From: Acidobacteriota bacterium
Lineage (GTDB): Bacteria > Acidobacteriota > UBA6911 > RPQK01 > JAJDTT01
DNA length: 64,000 bases
Direction: 5' to 3'
Assembly (NCBI GenBank): GCA_965222655.1
Contig: CBDCUP010000004.1
Coordinates: 10,134 to 74,133, forward strand
A program made the position numbers and the translations under genes. How positions within the stretch are numbered: position 1 is the first letter of the stretch; the number at the start of each line of letters is the position of its first letter. Below are positions 8,920 through 17,805 of this stretch, in pieces. The notes under the pieces were generated by a model, which made no database searches, was not told the DNA's origin, and saw nothing but the letters and a program-made list of their open reading frames with translations.

Positions 8920-9765
8920 CTAGATTGCGAGTTGTCGTTGATCCGAGGGTGCGATGGAGGGTGTCGAGGGATGCAGGATCAGGAGGCCCCTGGCCGCCGA
9001 GTAGTTCAACTCCGGCCAAGCCAGCTTGATCTTCTTCAGCTCGCGGAGCACCTTGTACCGGAAGTTTTGAACAGTTTGATTATCGCTGGCCTTCTCCGGG
9101 TCCACTCCGAACTGACGGTACACCTGCCGCCAGGAGAGCTGTAGCGGAGTACGGAGGGCGAAGGTCCGGTAGGTGAGCCAGAGGTACAGGTCGAGACCCA
9201 GGGCGCAGCGTTTGAGCGCCTTGAGGGTGTTCATGTCGAGCGGCACCGGGTGACTGATGATCTCGTTGTAGAAGTCTTCGCCGAGGCGGATTTTGCTGTC
9301 CCACAGCACCCGCTCGTCGGGCTTGCGTTCGTTCCACCAGAAGTCGGTCCGGTCGGCTACGAACGAGGAAGCGCTGGCCTTGCGGTGCTCATCCTCGTAG
9401 ATCAGCGAGACGGTGCAATGAAAGAGGCGCCGCATCTGGTTGCGCAGCCGGGTCCGGTCGCCACGGCTGCTTCCGCCGCTGGTGTGCAAATCCAGCTTCC
9501 GCATGAACTCCGATAGCGACTTTCCCAGGACCAACTCGCGGCTTTGGGTGCGAACGGCCTCGGTCGAAACCCAGGCCATCAAGAGCCGCGGCAGGTTGCC
9601 GAAGGGGAGCTTGTTATCGCCTATAGCGTTCATGACCAGCTTGTAGGGACCGTTGCGCCGGACATACTGCGTCCGGTTGCCGGGGTTGGTGCGGGGGATC
9701 GAGCAGAGTGTCAGTAGCCGCGCCATGAAGCCGAGATCAGCGTCCGCTTCGCTGGCCCCGATCAA
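8920..9765 (-). CDS. repA: Plasmid replication initiator RepA (RepA_C family), probably 5'-truncated
   Basis: GFMARLL.LCS.PRTNPG, LPFGNLPRLL.AW..TEAV, PVPLD, LDLYLWLTYR. The start lies inside the end of the citE-like gene. Confidence 0.8.
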   Translation of the reverse strand: MIGASEADADLGFMARLLTLCSIPRTNPGNRTQYVRRNGPYKLVMNAIGDNKLPFGNLPRLLMAWVSTEAVRTQSRELVLGKSLSEFMRKLDLHTSGGSSRGDRTRLRNQMRRLFHCTVSLIYEDEHRKASASSFVADRTDFWWNERKPDERVLWDSKIRLGEDFYNEIISHPVPLDMNTLKALKRCALGLDLYLWLTYRTFALRTPLQLSWRQVYRQFGVDPEKASDNQTVQNFRYKVLRELKKIKLAWPELNYSAARGLLILHPSTPSIAPSDQRQLAI

Positions 9766-10633
9766 CTTCCAGAATCTGTCGTGCCTGTCTGACTATGGCC
9801 TCGTCGACCATGGTACCGTCCACGTCGACCACTCCCGCATCCGCAGCAGAGAACGCCTCCACAATGTGCCGCGCCCACTCAACCTCGGCAGCACTCGGAG
9901 AAAAGACTTCATTGATCACGGCAACCTGCGCCGGATGAATGGCAAGTTTTCCCGAAAACCCGAGATTCCGCGCTGCCTGCGAGTGAGCTCGGACCCGAGC
10001 CAGGTCCTTGAACTCCAAACAGGGGGAATCGACAACCTCACATCCGGCAGCCCGGGCCGCGGTCGCGATCGCCGATCTGGCGTAGAGAAGCTCAATCTCC
10101 TCGGAGGTCCTGGCAATGTGCATCTCGGCCGAGAAATCCTCAGCACCGAACATCAATCCTGCTACTCGGGCACAGGAGCTGACCATCTGAAACGCATTCA
10201 GGACGGCTTGCGGAGATTCCATCATCAGATAGATGCGGTGCGGCGCAACTCCCTCTCCATCACCCAGGGCCTGATCGAGGCGCAGCACTTCGTCGACCGA
10301 ACGGCATTTGCTTAACAGTACCCCTTCCGATGGGATCCGCCGAAGAGCGAGGCAGTCTCCTTCGAAGCTTGGACTGTCCGCTGGATTACAGCGGATGAGC
10401 ACTGAGCTGTCGCTGGGGCCGCCAGCCAGCACAAACTCGAGGGACAGCTCCCGCGCCCTCGCCTTGTTCCCGGGCAGCACCGCATCCTCCCAGTCCAGTA
10501 TCAGCACATCGGCTCCCCGCTGCCTCGCTTTCGCCAGTTTGCGCTCGCTGTCACCGGGGACAAACAGATAGCTTCGCCTCATGACCGGCTCCCTGAATAA
10601 TCCTTGTTGCTCAGACCCTCGCTCCCCTATCAT
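9737..10633 (-). CDS. CitE/HpcH family CoA-ester lyase
   Basis: RRSYLFVPGD, LILDWEDAV, FGAEDF, GKLAIHP.Q, DGTMVD. SD GGGAGG precedes the ATG at 10633. Confidence 0.9.
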   Translation of the reverse strand: MIGERGSEQQGLFREPVMRRSYLFVPGDSERKLAKARQRGADVLILDWEDAVLPGNKARARELSLEFVLAGGPSDSSVLIRCNPADSPSFEGDCLALRRIPSEGVLLSKCRSVDEVLRLDQALGDGEGVAPHRIYLMMESPQAVLNAFQMVSSCARVAGLMFGAEDFSAEMHIARTSEEIELLYARSAIATAARAAGCEVVDSPCLEFKDLARVRAHSQAARNLGFSGKLAIHPAQVAVINEVFSPSAAEVEWARHIVEAFSAADAGVVDVDGTMVDEAIVRQARQILEVDRGQRSGR

Positions 10634-10753
10634 GGTACCCTCCCGCGGGGGACGAACGATAGCGTCCGAGCGGCTCCTTTCAGGGCATGGATTCAGCACG
10701 GAAGAGCAGGAGGACAACCGTAGGATCAGATCGACCACTCCTCCAATCACAAA

Positions 10754-11251
10754 ATGAATCAAGAAAATCCGAACCAGCCAAGTAGTCCCTCAACAGCTTC
10801 CGCTGTCCCAGATCTGGTTCCCGCTGAAAGAACCTCAGAGGAGGAGTTCCTTCGCCAGATCTTCGTGCGGGCCCAGATGACCCAGTTCGTGAAGGAACCT
10901 TTCATCGCCGCACGCGCCGATGGCGTGTACTACTGGGACGTGCGGGACAAGCGATATCTGGATGCGATCTCGGGTATCTACGTGGTGTCCGTAGGCCACA
11001 ACAACCGCACGCTGATCGACGCTATTCGGAAGCAGATGGACGTTCTCCATTTCTCTCCGACGGTGCACGGCACCAACCCATTGGCGGTCCAACTGGCGAA
11101 TCAACTGGCCAAGATTGCCCCTGGAGACCTGGAGGCCGCCAAGCTGCTCAGCGGTGGATCGGAGGCGACCGAAGCGGCCATCACCATGGCGCGTCAGTAT
11201 CACCGGCTTAACGGCAAAGCCGGCAAATTCTTGGTGAAGCTTAGGGCGTAG
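10754..11251 (+). pseudogene. Class III aminotransferase, N-terminal third only
   Basis: G.YYWD...RYLDAISG...VSVGH and SGGSEATEAA are present. The ORF stops before the SYHG motif and the PLP lysine. Confidence 0.8.
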
Positions 11252-12048
11252 ACCAGAAAACGCCTGGCTTCGTCCAGCTGCCACAACCAGGGCTGACTGA
11301 ACTCGGGGTCCCGGATCCCACTCCTGGCGGCGGCTCGCTCGAGGGCCTCTGAAACCGCTCCTGGGCTCAGACCCGTAAAGCAGGAGCCCGTCCGTATCAG
11401 GGACCCCATCAGATCAGAAGCCTTCGCCTCTGGACACTCGACCAGATCGGGAGCGCAGCCGGATGAAGACATGTCGGTCACGATTACACCGGCGCCACCA
11501 GGAGCAACCATCCCGCTCATCAGGCTCAGGTGTCTATCCCGGACCTGCAGCATCAACTCCCTCTCTGTCCGGTCGTCGAGATCGAGCCTCCCGACTGTCT
11601 CCATGAGTTGACTCAGTACACAGGTCGAGATCACGAGATCGAATCCTGCCTCCTCATCCGGACCGATCCCTTCAGACTCGCAATCTGGCCTCGAAGAAGC
11701 GTTGTTGCAGGCCCGCCCAGAAAGATCAACTTCGTCGTGAAGCTGAATCTTTGACACATCACCAGGACGCTGTCTGGAGACGCCGTCGGCCATCGAACCG
11801 GGGTCCAGGTCGAAAAGGTGGATCTCCTGGAAACTCGATGCCAGCTCCTTCAAGTCCAGGTCGTTGCAATTGCCAGCTCCCAAGACCGCAATCTTCCCTC
11901 GGCCGACCTTCTGAGCCTGCCGGATCAGGTTCATGATCCGCTCTCGATGCCCCCTGAAGGACTCCCAGTTGTGCCTGGTGCTCTGGTTGTAAGCCCGCTG
12001 TTTCTCCTGCAGCAGTCTCATCTTCAGCACACTGGAAGGTATAGTCAT
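11200..12048 (-). CDS. Putative class I SAM-dependent methyltransferase-fold protein
   Basis: IAVLGAGNCND, LFDLD, FDLVIS..VLSQ. Confidence 0.6.
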   Translation of the reverse strand: MTIPSSVLKMRLLQEKQRAYNQSTRHNWESFRGHRERIMNLIRQAQKVGRGKIAVLGAGNCNDLDLKELASSFQEIHLFDLDPGSMADGVSRQRPGDVSKIQLHDEVDLSGRACNNASSRPDCESEGIGPDEEAGFDLVISTCVLSQLMETVGRLDLDDRTERELMLQVRDRHLSLMSGMVAPGGAGVIVTDMSSSGCAPDLVECPEAKASDLMGSLIRTGSCFTGLSPGAVSEALERAAARSGIRDPEFSQPWLWQLDEARRFLVYALSFTKNLPALPLSR

Positions 12049-12068
12049 TTTAGTCTCGTCACTAGGAG

Positions 12069-12149
12069 CGTGGCGGCGGTCTCCAGGCCGCTGTGGGTCG
12101 AGCCAACGGCTCGAAAGGAGAATACTTCGGCCTGAAGACCGAACCCACG
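12069..12149. repeat. REP doublet (GTGGCGGYGGYCTCCAGGCCG family), copy 1
   Basis: Palindromic arms around an internal CGAGCCAANGGCTCG hairpin. Six related copies in the window. Confidence 0.8.
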
Positions 12150-12304
12150 GGCCTCTAGCCGTGAGCCCGAATTCTAGTGACGCCCGGTTCAGGCGTCAAG
12201 CGACGCTTGGCACACAGCGGCGACTGAGCTAATATCGGGCGCCGTAGGGACTACTTCTCTCTGACTCGAGACAATCTGGGAAAACGCCGTTAGGAGTTTA
12301 GACT

Positions 12305-14233
12305 TTGAAGGGTTTCGCGACTGCGACTGCCTTGTTGTTTCTCTGGATTTGCAACATCGGACTGGGGGCGTCTGGGGTTGTGATCAACACGCCCATGAGT
12401 CCTCCCTACTGGGCCCTTCTGGAACGGGAGCTCCTCAAGTCTCAAACCGTGGCCTGTGAGCGATTCTTCGAAAAGTATTTCGACCAGCGGGGTTATCTCC
12501 AATGCGTGGAGCGCTGGGGTGGACTCGACGGCCCTGATGACGCCATCGAGAACCTCAGGGACTGGCCCACACTGCATGCGCTGGGAGCTCCTGACGTGAT
12601 CCATGAGATGTACAGCAAAGCCTGGGAGGGACACCTTCTCCAATACACCGAGGCGAAGACAACCGACGTAGAGTTCGCCCGCGACGGTATGTACTACAAA
12701 GAGTTCCCGACAAAGATGGACTGGATGCACAACGGCGAGGGGCTGGTTGTCTTCAATTTGCAGGGGCTCTCCGACCCTACCGATCCTGACTTTCAACGTC
12801 GTCAACGCCGCTTCGCCGGCTTCTACATGGGTGAGGAGCCGGGAGCAGACAACTACGATCCCAAGCACAAGATCATCCGCAGCCTCTTCAACGGCAGCCG
12901 CGGCCCCCTCCTTCGCAAGGCGATCCCGGCAGACTGGGCCGGAGACCCCATCGTGCTCGAAAACCGCTTCAAGGCGCTTCACGGCGAGTCCACCTACGAG
13001 GAAATGCTGGAGCACTTCAAAGACTACACCGACGTGGTGGGAGATCACCCTCTCAACCTCCTCACTACCACGCTCGCTACCAACGCCTATATGCTGGCTC
13101 ACGAGCGAAAGTACAGGGATTGGGTGCTGGAGTATGTGGACGCCTGGATGGAGCGGATGGAGGCCAATGACGGGATCATCCCGAGCAATATCGGGCTCGA
13201 CGGCAGTATCGGCGGTTCGGCCAACGGCAAGTGGTATGGGGGGGCCTATGGCTGGGGCTTCACTACTCCGATAACCGGAACCACTACCCTCGCTCACCGA
13301 AACCGCCACAAATACGGTCTGGTTGGCTTCATCAACGCTTTCCTACTGACCGGCGACAGACGGTATCTGGATATCTGGCGCCGGCAGATGGATAGGGTAA
13401 ACAGCCATTTTAAAGTGGTGAACGGAGAGAGAGTCTACCCCACCATGTATGGAGATGAGGGGTGGTATCAATACACTCCCAAGAAATATGACGTCGGGGC
13501 CCTGGAGCTCTACTATTTCCTGATGGAGAAAGAAGACCTGAAGAGACTGTCGATCACCGGCTGGTTGGCGTTTCTGGAAGGAAAGGATCCGGACTATCCC
13601 GAGCGAGAGCTGCGCAAGGATCTCGACGTCTTGAGACGTCAGATGGCAACCATGGAAGAGGATGCGACCTCTCCAGACACTCGCCTTGCCGATGACTCCA
13701 TGAAGTTCAATCCGGCACGGGTAGGGACCTTGATCCACCTGATGCTCGGCGCCCTCCACCACATCGCTCATGAGACCCAGTTTATCGGGACACCTACCCA
13801 AGACATGCAGGACTTCATCCGGCATGGAAAAATCCACGCAAAGCGCACAGGCCATCGCGGCAGTCTGCTCCACTCCCGTCTACGCTACTTCGATCCGCAG
13901 AAACGCCGCTCCGGTATCCCCGAGGATGTGGCAGCCCTGGTAACAAAGCTCTCGACGACCGAGACGGTGGTGACGCTGGTCAACATCGATCAGGTAAACC
14001 CCAAGTCTGTCACCGTGCAAGGTGGGGCCTATGGGGAACACCAATGTCTGGAGATCGACGTGAACGGGGTGGTGACGCCAATCAATCATCCCTTCGTTCG
14101 GGTAGAGTTGGCACCCGGCGCCGGCGCCAAGGTGACCCTACGGATGAAGCTCTTTTCAAACCTGCCGACGCTGGCCCAACCCTGGACCCGGGAGTCGGTG
14201 CCGCAGGCCCACAAGACGAACAGCGGAAACTAG
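12305..14233 (+). CDS. Conserved exported protein of unknown function (possible alpha/alpha-barrel lyase or hydrolase)
   Basis: 642-aa ORF, signal peptide, W/Y/D-rich motifs such as RWGGLDGPDD and DWMHNGEG. Confidence 0.6.
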   Translation: MKGFATATALLFLWICNIGLGASGVVINTPMSPPYWALLERELLKSQTVACERFFEKYFDQRGYLQCVERWGGLDGPDDAIENLRDWPTLHALGAPDVIHEMYSKAWEGHLLQYTEAKTTDVEFARDGMYYKEFPTKMDWMHNGEGLVVFNLQGLSDPTDPDFQRRQRRFAGFYMGEEPGADNYDPKHKIIRSLFNGSRGPLLRKAIPADWAGDPIVLENRFKALHGESTYEEMLEHFKDYTDVVGDHPLNLLTTTLATNAYMLAHERKYRDWVLEYVDAWMERMEANDGIIPSNIGLDGSIGGSANGKWYGGAYGWGFTTPITGTTTLAHRNRHKYGLVGFINAFLLTGDRRYLDIWRRQMDRVNSHFKVVNGERVYPTMYGDEGWYQYTPKKYDVGALELYYFLMEKEDLKRLSITGWLAFLEGKDPDYPERELRKDLDVLRRQMATMEEDATSPDTRLADDSMKFNPARVGTLIHLMLGALHHIAHETQFIGTPTQDMQDFIRHGKIHAKRTGHRGSLLHSRLRYFDPQKRRSGIPEDVAALVTKLSTTETVVTLVNIDQVNPKSVTVQGGAYGEHQCLEIDVNGVVTPINHPFVRVELAPGAGAKVTLRMKLFSNLPTLAQPWTRESVPQAHKTNSGN

Positions 14234-14245
14234 GAAGGCCCGAAA

Positions 14246-15406
14246 GTGGAGAATCCGAAGCACTACGATGTCCTCTTGAAGCAGGGGACGGTCATCGATC
14301 CCGCCAGCGGGCACAACCAGGTAATGGATGTCGCCCTGAAGGATGGGAGAATAGCAGCCATCTCCCGAGACCCCATATCCGCCAGCGCAGAGCATGTACT
14401 CGACGTGGCAGGCAAGCTGGTGGTGCCAGGCCTGATCGATCTGCATATCCATGCCTACAAGGATGTCTCGGTCTTCGGCGTCGAGGTGGACGATCTCTGC
14501 CCACAGACGGGCGTGACCACCGCCGTTGACACGGGGTCAGCAGGACACCTCAACTACCAAGGACTGGAACGCTACGTCATCGAACCTTCCCAAACCCGGA
14601 TTCTGGCTTACGTGAACCTTTCTGGAGTAGGACTCCCGTCCCTGCGTGGCGAGCTTATCAACCCGGATTACATCAATCCCGCCGAATGCGCCCGCTGCGT
14701 CGAGGAGCATCCGGAGACGGCCCTGGGAGTAAAGGTGAGACTCTATGCCGGCGTCGGAGGCGATGCCGATTTGAGAGATCTGCTGGGGCTTGCTCTGGAC
14801 GCCGCCAACCGCTGTAGAAAACCTCTCATGGTGCACATCACAAATGCCGACATACCCTTGGAGGATATCCTCGCACCCTTGCGTCCAGGCGACATCATCA
14901 CCCACTGCTTCCATGAAAAAGGGATAGCTTCCATTCTCGACACAACGTCCCGGGTCAAACCGATTGTTCGGGATGCCCGGGATCGAGGAATCTTGTTCGA
15001 TGTAGGCCACGGACAAGGCAGTCTCACCTTCAACACCGCGCGCAGAGCCCTGGACGATGGCTTCGCACCAGATACCATCAGCACCGATATCCACTCTTTC
15101 AACCTCGACGGTCCCGTCTACGATCTTCCGACGACGATGTCGAAGTTTCTGAACCTCGGAATGCCCTTGGAAGAAGTGATTCGGAGAACGACTATCGAGC
15201 CGGCAAGGGTGATCGGCAGAGAAAGCGATCTGGGACATCTGGGCGTCGGCGCGATCGGCGATATTTCGATCCTCGCCCAAGAGACCGGCGCCTTCAACTT
15301 CCTGGACGCCTCCGGCCAGACCCTTCGCGGAGACCAGCGTCTGGTCTGCAGAGCCAGTTTGCGTCAGGGGAGCATCTGCTGGCAGGAAGATCATCTGCAC
15401 TCTTGA
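14246..15406 (+). CDS. Amidohydrolase/deacetylase (dihydroorotase-like)
   Basis: PGLIDLHIH, GVTTAVDTGSAG, MVH, THCF, DVGHG.GS, ISTDIH. Confidence 0.9.
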   Translation: MENPKHYDVLLKQGTVIDPASGHNQVMDVALKDGRIAAISRDPISASAEHVLDVAGKLVVPGLIDLHIHAYKDVSVFGVEVDDLCPQTGVTTAVDTGSAGHLNYQGLERYVIEPSQTRILAYVNLSGVGLPSLRGELINPDYINPAECARCVEEHPETALGVKVRLYAGVGGDADLRDLLGLALDAANRCRKPLMVHITNADIPLEDILAPLRPGDIITHCFHEKGIASILDTTSRVKPIVRDARDRGILFDVGHGQGSLTFNTARRALDDGFAPDTISTDIHSFNLDGPVYDLPTTMSKFLNLGMPLEEVIRRTTIEPARVIGRESDLGHLGVGAIGDISILAQETGAFNFLDASGQTLRGDQRLVCRASLRQGSICWQEDHLHS

Positions 15407-15499
15407 AACTCTACCCTCTCGGAATTGACACCCCTTTCAATTCCTTGACGCCTCTCCCAGACTGCCCATTCTAAAGCTCTTGTAAGCAAAACCCCGACT

Positions 15500-15556
15500 T
15501 ATCAATCTCTTAGAAACAGAAGCAAAATCCGTCCTGACTATGGTCCCGAACTTGCT
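15500..15556 (+). promoter_or_regulatory. Putative IHF site plus sigma54 promoter
   Basis: TATCAATCTCTTA (WATCAANNNNTTR) at 15500-15512. TGGTCCCGAACTTGCT (GG-N10-GC) at 15541-15556. Confidence 0.55.
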
Positions 15557-15629
15557 TGGTCACAGGCAAATGCCATCAGAATTTGGCAACCGAGTCAGAC
15601 CCAAATTGGGAATTCAGGAGAGGAACGAG

Positions 15630-15899
15630 ATGAAAGATACTGAAAGCTGCTGCATCTGTGAAACGGAGATCTTGTTGGGAGCCGACACCGTCGAAGATCG
15701 ACCCACGGGATTTTTGGGTACTGTCGAAGAGTGGCACTACTGCCCAAGCTGCTGGTCCAACATGAAGCAGCTTCGTCAGCGTGAACTGGACTTTGAGCTG
15801 CTCTTCAAGGCCGTCTTCCAGGGTCTAGAGCCGAGCACAGGGATGACCTTGCCCACTCTCGAATATGACCCATCGGGTCAGCAAGCCGCCTCGGCCTAA
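15630..15899 (+). CDS. Small putative zinc-finger protein
   Basis: SD AGGAGAGG before the ATG at 15630. CxxC (CICE) and CPSC pairs. Confidence 0.55.
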   Translation: MKDTESCCICETEILLGADTVEDRPTGFLGTVEEWHYCPSCWSNMKQLRQRELDFELLFKAVFQGLEPSTGMTLPTLEYDPSGQQAASA

Positions 15900-17449
15900 G
15901 CCGAACCTTCATTGGCGACCGTAGCTTTGGCCTCCAGGCCGAAGTCTTCTTCCGAGCCTTTGGCTCGGACGGCGGGTTGGAGGCCACCGCCACGACGGAG
16001 TCTTCGCGACAGCCACACCGCAAGGTAGTTGCCGAAGAGGCCGATCACACCGGGCTGAAGCCCGTAGAGACTTCGTAGATCGCTTCGATAGAGCAGAAGC
16101 GTCAACACTCCCCCGACTGCCAAACCGGTAAGGATATCCCGCGCAGTAAAAGCCTTCTCCTCCTCCCCAGAATGCAGCGTTCCCAGAACAAACGCGGGCG
16201 ACAGCTGAATCAGGACCTCGAACTTGATGACGATCAGACCCCAAAGGGTGGTCAGGGGGGAAAGAGCCAAGACCACCAGGAGGCTCATGGTGCAGATGCT
16301 GAAGACGGGGGTCAAACGCATTCCCTGCATTCCCCCGACTTCCTCGGGAGCTCGCAAGCGAACCGCGAAGTCCTTGGTAAGGATCGAGACCAATGAGAGC
16401 AGACAGGAATCGGCAGTCGACATGATCGCGGCGACCACTGCCAACAGCACCAGGAGCACTGGGTAATAGGCCAACTCGTGGTTCTCCACCAGGTGCGCAA
16501 GTACCAGGAAAGTGACTCGGTCGGAGGCAACCCCTTCCAACTCCGGGAAGAGCACGATCCCAGTCAGTCCGATGAAGATCACAGAGGAAACGGCTACCAG
16601 CGGAAGGAAGGCCATCACCGTGAGCGCCTTCTTCAATTGAGCAAGACTGCGGGCGGCGTAGATCCTCTGAATCGCCTGCGGATACAGGGAGGCCCCCAGG
16701 ACAACCATGACAAAATTGTTTATCCAGGCGACGCAAGTCTGCCAACCTGGGTTCGCAACCTTCGCTGGTGCCACATCCCGAATGGCTTCAAGTATCTGAC
16801 CCGGAGTGCCCACCACCGCAATGATCAGTGCGACAACCAGCAGGAGTCCGACACCCAGAATCGTTCCCTGGAGGACGTCCGTCCAGGCCACGGCCCGCAT
16901 TCCTCCCAGAAGCTCGTAGCAGAGGATAACGAGGCCTCCCCCGATGACTCCCGCCTCATATGGAATGGCGCCTCCTGTGACTCCGTCGAAAGCGTGTCCC
17001 AGCGCCATGAGTTGTGAGAGCAGGAAGTTCACCAGGGTAAAGGCAAAGATCAGAGCTGACAGATAGTGCAAAGGAGCGCTCTTGAAGCGGTCATCCAAGT
17101 AGTCCGTAGGCGTCAAGTATTCGCCTCTGCGAGACAGGGAAAACAGCCGAGGGGCGAACAGGGTATAGCCGGTGATGACACCGACCATGAAGGTAACCGT
17201 CATGAAATAGGAAATGCCCAGGCGATGAGTTTGCCCTGGAAAGGCGGAGAACGAGTTGCCACTGTATTGGGTGGCGAACAGCGTCAAGAGCAGAACGACG
17301 AAACCGATCGACCTTCCTGCCAGGAAGTGGTCGCTTAGCGTCTGTTCCTTCTTTGCCCTTCTGCCAAGAATGCCCAGAATCAGCAGGACACCGACGTAGA
17401 GGGCAGTCCACAGAATCAGGCTGGAACCCAGTTCAGTCAGAGCCACCAT
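15896..17449 (-). CDS. Sodium:solute symporter
   Basis: FLAGRS, ATQYSG, GGMRAVAWTD, AAIMSTADS, many TM helices. Confidence 0.92.
   Translation of the reverse strand: MVALTELGSSLILWTALYVGVLLILGILGRRAKKEQTLSDHFLAGRSIGFVVLLLTLFATQYSGNSFSAFPGQTHRLGISYFMTVTFMVGVITGYTLFAPRLFSLSRRGEYLTPTDYLDDRFKSAPLHYLSALIFAFTLVNFLLSQLMALGHAFDGVTGGAIPYEAGVIGGGLVILCYELLGGMRAVAWTDVLQGTILGVGLLLVVALIIAVVGTPGQILEAIRDVAPAKVANPGWQTCVAWINNFVMVVLGASLYPQAIQRIYAARSLAQLKKALTVMAFLPLVAVSSVIFIGLTGIVLFPELEGVASDRVTFLVLAHLVENHELAYYPVLLVLLAVVAAIMSTADSCLLSLVSILTKDFAVRLRAPEEVGGMQGMRLTPVFSICTMSLLVVLALSPLTTLWGLIVIKFEVLIQLSPAFVLGTLHSGEEEKAFTARDILTGLAVGGVLTLLLYRSDLRSLYGLQPGVIGLFGNYLAVWLSRRLRRGGGLQPAVRAKGSEEDFGLEAKATVANEGSA
15920..15994. 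repeat. REP doublet, copy 2 (inside the symporter 3' end)
   Basis: CGTAGCTTTGGCCTCCAGGCCG...GGAGGCCACCGCCACG. Confidence 0.75.
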
Positions 17450-17645
17450 CCTTCCAGAAACGTCGGATACCCCAGGCGGTAACAGCCGAAAGACAGGCGG
17501 TGAAGAAGAGACTGGACCAAAGCCACAGAGGAAATCCCAGAAAATCTAGCGATTCCTGTTCGACGAAGAGGAAAGGCACACTTCCCAGGGAGCAGATCGC
17601 AACCATCAGAAGGTAGCGCGGATGTCTTCGGGGTTCGTCTTCCAT
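17433..17645 (-). CDS. Small 2-TM symporter partner protein
   Basis: 70 aa with FLGFPLWLW, overlapping the symporter start, which is typical of SSS accessory genes. Confidence 0.7.
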   Translation of the reverse strand: MEDEPRRHPRYLLMVAICSLGSVPFLFVEQESLDFLGFPLWLWSSLFFTACLSAVTAWGIRRFWKDGGSD

Positions 17646-17661
17646 GTCACTGCAATCCCAA

Positions 17662-17753
17662 GTAGGGGTGGCCTCCAGGCCGCCGTCGATCGAGCCAAAG
17701 GCTCGAAAACTCGAAAAGAAAAAGAATACTTCGGCCCGGAGGCCAAAGCTACG
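17662..17753. repeat. REP doublet, copy 3
   Basis: GTGGCCTCCAGGCCG...CGAGCCAAAGGCTCG...CGGCCCGGAGGCCAAAGCTACG. Confidence 0.75.
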
Positions 17754-17805
17754 TGTGCCGACCACTTTCCGGTCTCGACAAGGTCGGATCGGCTAAAATG
17801 GTTGG

